The position numbers were made by a program, and so were the translations under genes. A stretch of DNA of 64,000 nt from Rhynchobatus australiae (lineage: Eukaryota), in the NCBI GenBank assembly GCA_034780895.1, contig JAUZTB010000086.1, forward strand, positions 3,286,525-3,350,524. Reading direction: 5' to 3'. A model generated the notes under the pieces. That model worked only from the letters and a program-made list of their open reading frames with translations, had not been told where the DNA came from and did no database searches. Below are positions 1 through 12,398 of this stretch, in pieces. How positions within the stretch are numbered: position 1 is the first letter of the stretch; each line of letters opens with the position of its first letter.

Positions 1-2477
1 GCACTAATATTTCCCAGGCATGGAAAGATAATTGTTAACATGAGCATCTTGAGGTTTGTAAAAATATTGGCTGGCCTATTAAACTACTCCCCCACCTCCA
101 CCTCCACGTTGCTTTGGAGGAGTGGGGAAGGTGATTATAAAGTAAATGAAAGGGATGACTTTTCTCTTTACCAGATTTCTCCCTTCCTTTCCTGGGGGAT
201 CCTTTACTCTGTTCCTCAGAGAACTGATTGCCTTCAAGTAGCCTGGCCAAAGGTAGGCATTTGTAACTGTGAACAGGCAATCCTGCAGCTGAGGGCATCA
301 CATCTGACATTCCCCAAATATAAACTTTGAGCAAGTGGGGTGTTGTCTGTGAGAGGCCAAACTTTCCCCTCAAAACAAGAGCCAAGGGCAATTGTGGCAG
401 TAACCTTGTAGTGTATAGGAAAAGAATCAGGCACCTAATGTCCAGATGCAGAAACATTTTACTTGCTTATTGCATGTTATACCTTTTAATAGAGGAGAAA
501 ATACTGGAAACTGCAGATCAGGCAGTATCTGTGGAAAAAAAATATTTTTACACATACTGCCTGAACCTGCTGAGTGCTTCTAGCACCTTTGTTTTTATTT
601 CAATTTTCAATATCTGCATTGTTTTATTTTCATTTGCTACTTTTAAACATCAGCTTGAATAAGAAGTATCCACATACGTAGTGTCACTGAGAACATATGG
701 ATTTAATTCATGAGTTATTATGGGTGGGTTTGGATAGGGAATGAGTACCTTGAGAGGTGAATACAATGGCGGGGTGGTGAGGGTCTGAATATTTAATTGT
801 ACATTTATCCTGCAGAATCTCAGAAGATAAGGCCAAAATGAGCTAAGGGGAGCATTATATTGCTACATTAAAATCTGTTCAATGTGGTTTCTGCCAAAGT
901 TATTCCAGACCTGATGCCCGAGGGGAACAGTCTAACACCCTCACCTGTCCCCTCCCCAGTATGAGAGCTGCAGCATTTTATTTTGACACAACATGACAAC
1001 ATAACTGGCAGCAGCCAAGATACTTCACATTTGTCAAGACAAAGCTCAGCACTGGTCTGCATGGTTCACGCTGAAGTTATTGCCTCAATAGTACTTTAGG
1101 TACTGGTCTCAGATCAGTAGCTATGGTATAAATGCACTCCAGTGATCATTACTAAATCAACATTGATTNNNNNNNNNNACTTAATATAGGAATTAGCAAA
1201 AGTACAGGAAATCTCACTTTAGGAATTTCAAAAATTGTATAGTTCTGCTTTCATATGAAATAGGATGGGTGTAAATCAAATGGAAATTAATTTGTTTTGC
1301 TCAGAAGGGAGCTATTTGTGACTGTTAGTCTTAATCATTATGATTTGGGCTTATAATAGGGGGAAAGTGGGTGTTATAAGCTGAGATCAGTTCAAGGGTG
1401 ACCACACATCACAGGTTTCACTGTATATCCAAAGTAGTGTACGGTCTGATAATTGGAGAGGTATAGTAAAGTTTGTACACTTCTCCACTGTGGGTTAGTA
1501 ACAGGCAAAATGTGATAGCACTGTCATCACATCTCAACACTGCCCCATTGCAGTTTGGGATTAACCTGTTTGCCACAGAATTTTACTCAGTGATCATGAG
1601 TGTTCACTCAAGAAGGGAAACGACTTTGAAATATTAGAATCTGTGTCTTACAGTTTTAAGGAAAATTTTGTATTCTTTCAATGGCAAGAAAAGAGATTTT
1701 ATAAAANNNNNNNNNNNNNNNNNNNNNNNNNNNNNNNNNNNNNNNNNNNNNNNNNNNNNNNNNNNNNNNNNNNNNNNNNNNNNNNNNNNNNNNNNNNNNN
1801 NNNNNNAAACTAACCAATTGTGAGTATATTTTTTGAACAATTTGTTTATATCTCAGGTAACCAGAGTGGAAAAAATCTCAACTGTTTCTCCTTTTTACTG
1901 AGGGAAACGTTTTTCAGATTAGTCATTACAATGTGGGACCATCTTATCTTGGAGGTGGGTGTAAAATAGCACAAGATGATAAATCTCCCAGCATCCTGAA
2001 TTAATATTTACCTCTCTATCAATATCACTAAAATGAATGATTCTTCACATGTTGCTGCCTGTTGTGTGTAAAATACAGTTGTTGTGCCATTATAATGTTA
2101 TCTACACTTTTAAAAGGTGCTTTATTGGATTGAGAAAGCCTTGAGAGCTCCTGAGGTTGTGGTAAGGTTATATGTAAACATGTCTTTCTGTTTGGCATAT
2201 TCAGGATAGGAAGACAAAACCTTGTTTCTGGTGACATCTAGCCTTTGATCAATTGAAAATAATATCAGGGCCAGTGGGAATGACATTCAATACTAAGGGA
2301 GTCCTGCACTCTTGAAGGTGCTGTTATTTGGATGATAGATCAAATTTTCACATATGTGTGAAGGATCCAATGACCACTGAAGAACAGGTTTTCCCTGTAT
2401 TCTGAGGGCAATAGTTAATCATACACCAACCATTAAAAGTAGTTTCATGACATACTATAATGTTTTCTCTCTTTCTT

Positions 2478-2595
2478 AATTCTGATGAAGGGTCTAGAAC
2501 CTGAAAAGTTAACTCTATTTCTCTTTCCACAGATGTTGTCTCATCTGCTAAGTATTGCCAGGATTTTTCATTTCACATCAGTTTCCAACATCTTC
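2478..2595 (+). repeat. Short Penelope terminal-repeat remnant with hammerhead-like core
   Basis: CTGATGA-AGG..CCT-GAAA followed by ctctttccacagatg...tgctaagtattgccag. Related remnants near 495-625, 6745-6820, 10390-10480, 38990-39105(-) and 55495-55600(-). Confidence 0.55.
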
Positions 2596-2869
2596 TTTTT
2601 ATTGTCATTAAGAAGCTGTTTATGAGAGTTATCTTCTGGCAAATTAACTTCTTGCATTACAAATTGTTGTGTGATGAATTGACCAGTACAATCGGTTTGT
2701 GAGACAAGCTTTTCACTGTACCTTGGTACAAGTGACAATAATAAACCAATATCAATACAAGTACATTTGGGTGTCCTGAAAGCAACGTGAATGGTGCTAT
2801 AGAAATAGAAGTCCTTCATCAAGTACTGGCAACCGTCATCTCTATAGCTGCTTAACTAGAAGCCAATGT

Positions 2870-3180
2870 AGATCAGCAGTTCCTTGGAATTAAAATTCAA
2901 ATTATCCATTGGTCCCCACCTCCTAATCCCTACAGTCTCATCCAGCCTCATAACATGTCAAGATCTCTGTGCTTCAATAATTCTGGCAATTGCTTGCCAC
3001 AAAATTTAATCACCCTATCACTAGCTGCTGCATCTTCAGTTGCCGGGGCCTAAGCTCTGGAATTCTCTCCTTAATACCACTCCCACATTTCCACCTCTCC
3101 TCCTTTTAAGATGTTCCTTAAAACATAGCTCTTTGACCAAGATTTCCATTTATCAACCAACCCTAGTTATTCCTTACGAA
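2870..3180 (+). mobile_element. L2-type LINE 3' end
   Basis: ttcagttgccggggcctaagctctggaattctctcct...ccttaaaacatagctctttgaccaag, resembling an L2 3' ORF end (AFS...P.LWNSLP...LKT.LF). Confidence 0.6.
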
Positions 3181-3250
3181 GGTCAATGTCAATTTGTTTC
3201 ATTGATATTGGTCCCGTAGAGATCTTTGCTGTTAAATGTACCATGTGAAC

Positions 3251-3735
3251 ACTTTGGAGAGGGTGGGGATAAGGTTTACCAGGATGCCGCCTGGATTAGA
3301 GGGCATATGCTATATGGACAAACTAGGGTTGTTTTCTCTGGAGCAGCGGAAGCTGAGGGGAGACTTGATAGAAGTTTATAAAATTAGAAGCATAGAGATT
3401 TGGTACCTTTTTCCCAGGGTCAAAATGTCTAATACTAGAGGGCGTGCATTGAAGGTGAGAGGGGAAAGTTAAAAGCAGATGTAGGAAGTGTGCAGGGCAA
3501 GTTTCTAACACAGTGGTGGATGCCTAGAATGCACTGCCAGCAGTGGTGGTGGCAGCAGATGCAATAGAGGCATTCAAGAGACTCTTAGATAGGCACATGA
3601 ATCTGCATAGAATGGAGGGATATAAACTGTCTGCAGGCAGAAGGGATTAGTTTAATTAGGCATCAGTAGCTTAATTAGTTCAGCACAACATTGTGGGCTG
3701 AAAGGCCTGTTCCTGTGCTGTACTGTTCTATGTTT
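3251..3735 (+). mobile_element. CR1/HER1-type LINE 3' fragment
   Basis: Translation LERV..RFTRM.PGLEG...LGLFSLEQRKLRGDLIEVYKI...TRG, followed by the 3' tail ggcctgttcctgtgctgtactgttctatgtt. Confidence 0.88.
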
Positions 3736-4474
3736 TACATGGAGGTTTTAATGTGCTTTAGATGAAAAAGCACCTTCCATGTCCTCCTTTGTTACCACTC
3801 TCCAACGGNNNNNNNNNNNNNNNNNNNNNNNNNNNNNNNNNNNNNNNNNNNNNNNNNNNNNNNNNNNNNNNNNNNNNNNNNNNNNNNNNNNNNNNNNNNN
3901 NNNNNNNNNNNNNNNNNNNNCTCATCACTATTGTGTCTCTTTCCCGAGCTTTGGAATTTATTTTTCACTTAATAACTTCAACTGAATTTTTTTGTGACTT
4001 TAGGTTAATTTCATTCTGTGTTTGCTTTTGTACTGATTGGTGTGCCTTTGACCCTGATCTATTTTAAAACATCTCACTTGTATTACTATATACATATCCA
4101 GCAATATTTGCATACCGTCTAACTTATCCCGTTCCATTCTTGATACAGAAAACATTCTCGAATGTAAACTGATCTGAAAGGAGTATTTAATGTCTGTTTG
4201 ATCCTGAATTAACATTTTTCTCTCTTCAGTCACTTGTTCCTGGCTGGAACATGCCAGACCCGCAATTCGAAGACAGATTTCAACGTGAAATCAATGTGGG
4301 GTATCTGTCACAAATGTCACTGATAAACTCTGATTTCCTGTACAGACATGCTGTCATTGACCACATCCCTGAGATATCAAGGGAGGATGTACACCTTGTA
4401 AACGTACACCTTGTTGCCTGTGCAATATTGGAATGCTGGATATGTCTGTTGAGTTAATTCACCTCATCAGAATT

Positions 4475-4850
4475 ATAGAGATTGAGATTATTAGAGCTTG
4501 GAAACAGGCCCTTAGGGCCTACTCATCATGCTGACCAAGATGTCCACCTAAGCTACTCCCATTTGCCTGAGCTTGGCCCACATCCCTCTAAGCTCTTCCT
4601 ATCCATGCACTTATCAAAATGTCTTTTAAATGTTGTTATTGTACCTGTCTCAACTATTCTCTCTGGTAATCGTTCCATATATGCACCACCCCCTGCGTGA
4701 AGAAGTTGTTCCTCGGGTCCCTCTTAAATCTTTCCCCTCTCACCTTAAACCTATTCCTGCTCATTTTTGGTACGCTTTCCCTGGGAAAAAGTCTGTGTGC
4801 ATTCACCCTATCAATGCCCCTCATGATTTATACACCTCTATAAGGTCAGT
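4475..4850 (-). mobile_element. CR1/HER1-type LINE 3' fragment
   Basis: Reverse-complement tail (ggaaacaggccctt..ggcc) and cccctctcaccttaaacct motif. Confidence 0.8.
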
Positions 4851-5727
4851 CATGTGCAATTGATATTTATCTTTTGATTTCTGCCTTGCTGCTTCCTTTT
4901 GTAGCTTCCTTTGTACTTATTCATTCCTGTGCAGTGGACGTCACTGATACTGCCAGAATTTATTGTCCATCCCAAATTGTGCCTGAACTGAGGAGGCAGC
5001 TAAGAACCAACCACATTGGAGTCACATATAGGTCAGCTAGGGTAACATTGGTGGATTCCCTTCACCGAGAGACATGAGAAACAGGAGCAGGAATAGACTG
5101 TTTGTTATATCCTCAGAGAACTTTAGCAAATTAGTCAAAAAATCATGTTCATTCTATTTGATTGTCTTATGAATTTGTATATGTCCTGTTACTCATGAAT
5201 GAATAATGCACTCCAGCAGTTTTCCAATGATAGCTGTTAGGCTAACTGGCCTATGGCTTCCTGCTTTCTGTCTTTCTCCATTCTGGAATTTTCTTGCATT
5301 ATATTTGTGTCTTGACAATCCTGTGGGACCTCTTCAGATCCAGGAGATTTATAATCAAAAGCATTGATTANNNNNNNNNNNNNNNNNNNNNNNNNNNNNN
5401 NNNNNNNNNNNNNNNNNNNNNNNNNNNNNNNNNNNNNNNNNNNNNNNNNNNNNNNNNNNNNNNNNNNNNNNNNNNNNNNNNNNNNNNNNNNNNNNNNNNN
5501 NNNNNNNNNNNNNNNNNNNNNNNNNNNNNNNNNNNNNNNNNNNNNNNNNNNNNNNNNNNNNNNNNNNNNNNNNNNNNNNNNNNNNNNNNNNNNNNTGCCA
5601 TTCCCTATTTCCCATTATTAACTCCCCAGTCTCATCTGCTCAACACTTACTTTGTTTACACTCTCTATATTAGTTAATAGATTATCCTAATTCTCTCTCT
5701 TTATAACCTTTTAATCATTCCCTTACT

Positions 5728-6725
5728 ATAGAATCATAGAGTTACAGAATCGTACAGCATGGAAACAGGCCATTTGGACCACCATGTCCACACCAACTAG
5801 CGGACATCCTTCTGTATTAATCCAATCACCCAGCATTTTGTTCATAGACCACTATGCCTAAGTGATTCAAGGGATCATCTAAAGACTTCTTAAATGTTGT
5901 CAGCAACCCGGTTTCAACCACTCTGTCAGGCAGTGTATTCCAGATACTTACCACTCTTTGGGTGAAGAAGGTTCTTTTCATAACCCCTCTTCATTTCTTC
6001 CCCTTTACCTTAAACTTATGTCCTCTTATTCTATCTATCTCTGATATGAGGAAAAGTTTGCTGCAGTCTACTCTATCTATACACCTCATAATGTTATATA
6101 CCTCAGTCATATCTCCTCTTAACCTCCTCCACTCCAGGGAGAAAAGATTGAGCTTCTCCAGTCTCCTCATAACTGAACTGCTCCTTCCCAGGTAACATCC
6201 TGGTGAATCTCCTCAGTACCCTCTCCTGCACTATCACATCCTTCCTAAACCTTGGTGATCAAAACTGCATACAGAACTCCAGCTGAGGTCTGATCAAGGT
6301 TTTATAAAATTGAAGCATAACCGTATTCAATGCCCTGACTAATGAACGCCAGCATCCTGTATGCCGTCCTAATCACATTATTTACCTGTGTTGCCACCTA
6401 CAAAGAACTATGGACTTGTACTCAGAGGTCCCTCTGTTCTTCAGAAGACCCTATCATTCATGGTAAATATCCTAGCCTCATTGGTGCTCCCAAAATGCAT
6501 CACCTCACATTTGTCTGGATTAAACTCCATCTACCATTTTCTCTGCAGCATCAGACTATCTTCCACACTATCAACGAATCTGCCAATTTATTGTGTCATC
6601 CATGAATTTGCTGATCTTGTCTCCCAAATCCATATGCAAGTCATTCATGTATATTGCAGACAACAAGGGTCCCAGCACCAATCCTTGTGGGACACCACTA
6701 GTTACAGGCATCCAACTGAAAAAAC
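5728..6725 (-). mobile_element. CR1/HER1-type LINE fragment (RT C-terminus plus 3' UTR)
   Basis: Minus-strand [26 protein letters not shown]...ISKFMDDT (CR1 reverse transcriptase motifs); tail atagaatcatagag at the left end. Confidence 0.88.
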
Positions 6726-7699
6726 AACCCACTAACAACTTCTTGACCCAAAATGTCAGTTGTTTATTTCCCTCCATAGATGTTGCCTGACCTGCTGAGC
6801 TCCTCCAGCATTTTCTGTGCGTTGCCCTACCATCACTGTCTTTTATTGCAAAGCCNNNNNNNNNNNNNNNNNNNNNNNNNNNNNNNNNNNNNNNNNNNNN
6901 NNNNNNNNNNNNNNNNNNNNNNNNNNNNNNNNNNNNNNNNNNNNNNNNNNNNNNNNNNNNTCATCCTTAACTTAGTTAGACATGGATGATGCATTAGTGA
7001 ACCAGCTGGATTCTCATGACAATCTGACAGTTTCGTAGTTAATGTTACTGAGACTATCTTTAATTCCAGGTTTAATTAATTACTTGACCTTAAATTCCCT
7101 TGGCTGCCATGATGGGATTCAACCTCAGGTCTCTGGATCAATGATCCACAACTCAGCTGCTAATCCCATAATTTAACTGCAATGCAATTGTATTCTATAA
7201 ACTGAGAGAAATTGTTTTACCAATTCAATAGTGGTCTCCCCCCTACTGATTTCTTAATAGGCTAGTTCTTCCACACATTTTATTCACTGTAACCTGATTG
7301 TATATACCAGTAACTTGAAAAGGAAATAGATTTTCACTAGTTTAAAGATGGATTTTCTGAAAGATTTTTCAAAGAACTGCAGTGCAACTTAATGCCTGCC
7401 AGTGGGGCTGTTGAGTAGCATCATAGTCACACCAGCAAGGAAATTATTCAAATAGTTTACAGTGACATATCACCTGCAACATAACAGAACACTAAACAAG
7501 CCACGTATGGAATATTGGGATAGATAATCAGAACTTTAGTCAAAGAGACTGGTTTCATGATGAACTATCCAACATTTCTACAAATCAAAGCAGACTCAAT
7601 AATGTCAGTCAAGTTATGGTATGGAAAAATTGTAGATGTGTGAATGACTAACTTTACCACAGATGTTATTGGGACATTTGCCAGACAGAGGCTGAATTA

Positions 7700-8330
7700 C
7701 TCTGCTTCCTGGCTCGTCTGTCGGTCTCAGTCTTAGTCCTTTGGTGGCTTCAAGGTTGCCTTGATGCAGGTACTGCAGATTCTGAAGTTAGAGATAGGGT
7801 TCTCCCAACCATCAGTGGGAATGCTGAATTTCCAAGGCCTTAGTTGAATTTGATGTTGTGTCAGAGCTTTGGCTTTCTGTTGTGCTGTAGATGGGTTCTT
7901 GAGTTGGCTTCAAAGCACAGCCTTCCATTAAACAATCTGAAGGCATATGCTCCACATGCTCTTTCCAGAGATGCCTGCAAGTGTCCAGAAGCTTAGACAC
8001 ATTAATCCCAAGGGACTCCAAGGATTTTTCTGAGACATCACAGGTGGAAATATCTTCAATCTGCTGCTGCTGCTTGGAGTACTTGCTTTCAATGTCATAA
8101 AGCAGAGTGTTGAGGGCACAAACTTGATTAATACCTTTATGCTCAAGGGTAACAACTTGTTTTTTCCAGACACACAAAATAAATCTGACAGAGGCTTTGC
8201 TGACTTTTGTATCAAGTTGTCTACCAAGGTGAAGAGTTGAGCCAAATTGTCAAGAGAAAGCCACATTTTCTAGAACTTCATAATGGATAGATTCTGGTTG
8301 GGCTAATGGTAACTTGTGAAAATGTAATGG
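7700..8330 (-). mobile_element. Degenerate RTE-clade LINE RT C-terminal fragment
   Basis: Minus-strand frames give CVWKKQ..TLEHK...CALNTLLYDIES, FHL*CLRKILGVPW and HVEHMP, matching the RTE pattern RVW..TK..Y.ACVLSTLLYGSE..FH.RCLR.IL...W. Confidence 0.7.
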
Positions 8331-8964
8331 GTTTCCTGATAATGACTGTCATGCTGGATTTTTGGTGCATGCATCACAGAATTTATTCATCCTGATTTGC
8401 AATTTATCAGGTAATTACAGAAGAATGCAGTGTTATCTATTAAGAGCAGAATCCTAAGTGTGAGCTGGGTGACCTGCCTTTATTTCCGAAAGTGACTAAT
8501 GTTGAATAAACTGCCACGTACCCAACACTGAATTAGTACAGTGGTCAAGTGTGAAAGATTACTTTAAGAACCAGATAGAGGTGGAAAGTTTTAGGAAGGA
8601 ACAGCTTTCCTGAGTTTAGAGCCTAGGTGGCTAAAGCCATTGGGAGAGTAATGGAAATCAGGGATGCTCAGGAGCCAAAAATTGAAGGAGCCAAGCAGTA
8701 TTGGAGGGTTGTAAGTGACTAGAGAAAGGGAGGTGTGAGGTCATGAAAGTATTTGAAAACAAGGATGAGGATTTTAAAATGGAGGTGTTTGTGGAATGGA
8801 AAGCTGGCATGGGTGAGAGGATGGTGCAAGCTAGCATGGTCTGACATTCCTGACATTTGTTCCTCTTATAATAAGAAAACAATGAAAAACATTTACTAGA
8901 AGCCTCACAATGCTGCCAAACTCAGTATATGAATTTCAATACCATTGGATACCAACAGTAGAAA

Positions 8965-9366
8965 CTGCAGAGTTGTGGACACAGCCCAACGCATTACCAG
9001 TCTCCCCTCCTTGGACTCTGTCCTTACCTATCATTGTCTTGGTGAAGCAGCCAGCATAATCAAAGACCCCACCCACCCGGGACATTCTCTCTTCTCTCCC
9101 CTTCCATCGGGTAGAAGATACAGGAGCCTGAGGGCACGTACCAGCAGACTTAAGGACAGCTTCTACCCCACTGTGATAAGACTATTNNNNNNNNNNNNNN
9201 NNNNNNNNNNNNNNNNNNNNNNNNNNNNNNNNNNNNNNNNNNNNNNNNNNNNNNNNNNNNNNNNNNNNNNNNNNNNNNNNNNNNNNAATTGACCTGTACG
9301 ATCAGTTTGTGAGACAAGCTTTTCACTGTACCTTGGTACAAGTGACAATAATATACCAATACCAAG
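8965..9366 (+). mobile_element. Rex1/Babar-type LINE 3' end
   Basis: Translation RVVDTAQRIT.LPSLDS...AASIIKDPTHPGHSLFSPLPSGRRYRSLRARTSRLKDSFYP; tail cttttcactgtaccttggtacaagtgacaataata, also present at 2660-2757. Confidence 0.85.
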
Positions 9367-9509
9367 TAGCAACTTATGTTCTTGAGTTCATCATTGATTG
9401 TTTCCCTTCCCTATCCTGGGCTCATTAAAGCCATTTTTGGAAATCCACTGGCAGCCATGGGCTGAAGTAAATCATGAAAATAAAGGTTCTTCATTCTTCC
9501 TCCCATTCT

Positions 9510-10105
9510 ACTTCCAGTAAGGACTCCATTCCATTCTCTCAGTTCCTCTATCTCCACCATATCTGCTCTGATGATGAAATTTTCCATCCATCTCAGTCTT
9601 CCTGCTTCCTAAACTGTGATTTCCCTCCTACCTTTGACCTCATTTGACCCATTTCCCTGCAACTCTGCCCTCAGCCTCTCTCCTCCCGGACAGAGTTCCC
9701 CTTTTTCTCACTTTTCAGTTCACCAGTCTCTGCATTCAAAGGATTATCCTTCACAATTTCCTCAACCTTCAATGAGATTCCAGTACCAGCCACGTCTTTC
9801 CTCTCCTTCCCTTTCCAGTATTACGAAGGGACTATTGCCTTTGCAGCTCCACTTTTCCATCTCCACCAACTACTCCACTTCTCATGGCACGCTCCCTTGC
9901 AACTGCAGGAAAGGCAACTCCTGTTCACATACCTTTTATTTTCCCACCATCTTTCTTTAATTCTTCATCCCACTCCCACTCATACCTTTGACTGTAACCT
10001 CCTGTACTGCTATAGTGAGGCTCACTGTTAGAAAGAAATATCATCTCATCTTCTGGCTAAGGCATGTTGCAGCCTTCTGGACTCAATATTGAATTCAACA
10101 ACTTT
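9510..10105 (+). mobile_element. Penelope-like element fragment
   Basis: KDSIPFSQFL.L..ICSDDE motif, a Cys-rich linker (PCNCRKGNSC) and the characteristic end cagccttctggactcaatattgaattcaacaacttt. Confidence 0.75.
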
Positions 10106-10564
10106 AATTTTTACTGAATCAGAAATGCTGGTTACCCATCTATAACCTTGGCTTAGATGTTCTCTCTCCTTTAGCATGGTCTGACCTGCTAGGTATTTCT
10201 CACAGCTCTGCATTTAACAACACATATTCAGCTGCTTTTGTTGTGTCTAACTATTCTTGTTAATGTATCAACCAGATAATTTCAATAGTATATCCCCATA
10301 GCAACCTCATCCTATCAGAGATACTCCCTGTGTCCTATCCACCCCTTCCTACCTTTCTGCAACATAAAACTTGTTTTTCTTCTTTCCCCATTTTGACAAG
10401 GGGTTTTTGATTTGAAGTGTTAACCATTCATCTCTTTCTGATGCTGCTGAATACTTCCAGCATTTGTTTTTATTTAAGATAAATCAATGCACTTGTGAGC
10501 AATCCTGAGAGCTTGCATCAACTATTTTGTGAAGAATGCTTCAGGTGTGGCATATGTGGCATTT

Positions 10565-10960
10565 GTGTATGAGTCAGAAAGTTGTGGGTTCTAGATTCAT
10601 CACAAGAATCACAATCCCAGTGCAGTTTTGAGGAAGTGCTGCATCTCTTCATCTTCAGAATGCATCGTTAAACCAAGGCCTTTTTTTTCCCTCAGGTTGT
10701 GGTAAATAATCTCACATTATTGTTTCAAGGAAGGACTCTCCAGTGTCTTGACCAATACTGACCTTTCAATCATTAAAGCAGATTATCTGACCTTTATTAC
10801 AGTGCTGTTTGTGGAAGTTTGTCTGCATAAATTGTCCATGCATTTCCTACACTAAAATAGTGATTCTACTTCAAAACTATTTCACTGGCTGTATAGTCCT
10901 CATAATATCCTGAAATCAATACAAAAGGTGGTAAAAGAAATGCAAGTCTTTCTTTCATAT
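10565..10960 (+). mobile_element. Deu-domain-type ancient SINE (SacSINE1/AmnSINE-like)
   Basis: tRNA-like head gagtcagaaagttgtgggttc, body cgttaaaccaaggcc...gtgtcttgaccaata...gcagattatctg...gctgtttgtgg. Related copies at about 1930-2450(+), 14860-15160(-), 22235-22400(-), 43800-43940(-), 46920-47300(-), 49830-50120(+) and 53330-53660(-). Confidence 0.6.
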
Positions 10961-11654
10961 GGATCAGAATTAACACTTGAACAGTGGGTTATGCAAATAA
11001 AAGTACACGTGAACCTTTTAATACCTGAAATTCTTGTAGATGAAGGTGTACTTGGCGACTTGGCAACAGATGGTTTCTTAGCTACTTGAAAGTGGTGAGT
11101 GGGCAAGTTTCCTTTGTACTGTAGTTTAATTATTTGCTAATCTCAGTGTATCATAACTCTGTAAATATGTTGAGTAATATTGGTATCAGGCTCCACCTCG
11201 ACTTTCAGCTCTTCTTAAAATAGCAACCGGCTAGAAACCCGATGGAATCTGCAGATCCTGCAAAACCAAAGGAAAGTCAGAGTCAAATTTGGTTGCTGCA
11301 GTTGGTATGAATTTTTATCATTCTTGATTTTTGTAAATTACCCCTAGTGCGTATAGCTAAATGGTAGAATCTTGCGTGAGTTGATGGGAACATGGGGATA
11401 ATAAAAAAAGGTATGAATGTAGACGGGAGTTTGAACCAACATCATGGTCTCTGAACCAAAGATCCTGCTTCTGTGCTGTATGACTCCATGATTCTACTGC
11501 TGTTGGTGGGAACGCACAAATTGGCTGCTGTAATTCCTTCAGCAGCAATCAAGAGGTACATCTTTGGTCATAAAATGATTTAGAACAACATGAAAAGCCC
11601 CATATGAACACAAATCTATTACCCTTGCTCCAGTACTCACAAAGCCGCCTTTAG

Positions 11655-11837
11655 ATTAGATTAGATATCTTTATTAGTCACATGTACATCGAAACACACA
11701 CTGAAATGCATCTTTTGTGTAGAGTGTTCTGGGGGCAGCCCACGTGTCGCCAATCTTCCAGCGCCAACATAGCATGCCCAAAACTTCCTAACCTGTACGT
11801 CTTTGGAATGTGGGAGGAAACCGGAGCACCCGGAGGA
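11655..11837 (-). mobile_element. V-SINE (HE1-like), truncated by a gap
   Basis: Reverse complement of the V-domain gtttcctcccacattccaaagacgtacagg; same subfamily as 59190-59478. Confidence 0.8.
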
Positions 11838-12154
11838 NNNNNNNNNNNNNNNNNNNNNNNNNNNNNNNNNNNNNNNNNNNNNNNNNNNNNNNNNNNNNNN
11901 NNNNNNNNNNNNNNNNNNNNNNNNNNNNNNNNNNNNNTAGTCTTAGGTGTGGTTTGAAGGTTGGCACAACATGGTGGGCCGAAGGGCCTGTATTTTGCTG
12001 TATTGTTCTATGGTTCTATGGTTACACTCTACTCTAAATCCATTCCCTTTGGCTAGCAATCCAATTCCCTTTTGGTTCTTCCTATTGGAATCTCCTTCCA
12101 CTGTAGTTTCCACATTGTAATTTATCAGAGTATAATCATTTTTTTTCTCCTCCT

Positions 12155-12330
12155 CGCCACCTACACACTAGGGGCAATCCTGTCACCAATTAATCTACCA
12201 ACCTGCACATCTTTGGGCCATGGGAGGAAAATGGTGCACCCGGGGGAAAGCCACATGGTTGCATGCAAACTCCACCTACACACAAAATGCCAGAGATCGG
12301 GATCAAACCTGGGACTCTGACGCTGTGAAG
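12155..12330 (-). mobile_element. V-SINE (HE1-like) fragment
   Basis: tgggaggaaa...caaactccac...gggatcaaacctggg: V domain plus tRNA box B on the minus strand. Confidence 0.75.
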
Positions 12331-12398
12331 GGATAGATGGATAGTAAGAATCTTTTTCCCATGGTGGGGGTTCTAAGAGTGCATGAGTTTAAGGTGAG

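Noticed and set aside
35-662. Overlapping ORFs of 96-140 aa at the window start
   Set aside because: No recognisable domain or convincing splice framework; the 3' part overlaps a short Penelope-type terminal repeat.
4040-4460. Unique-looking segment with short ORFs and a small GTACACCTTG direct repeat
   Set aside because: No recognisable protein motif in either orientation; I cannot support an exon call.
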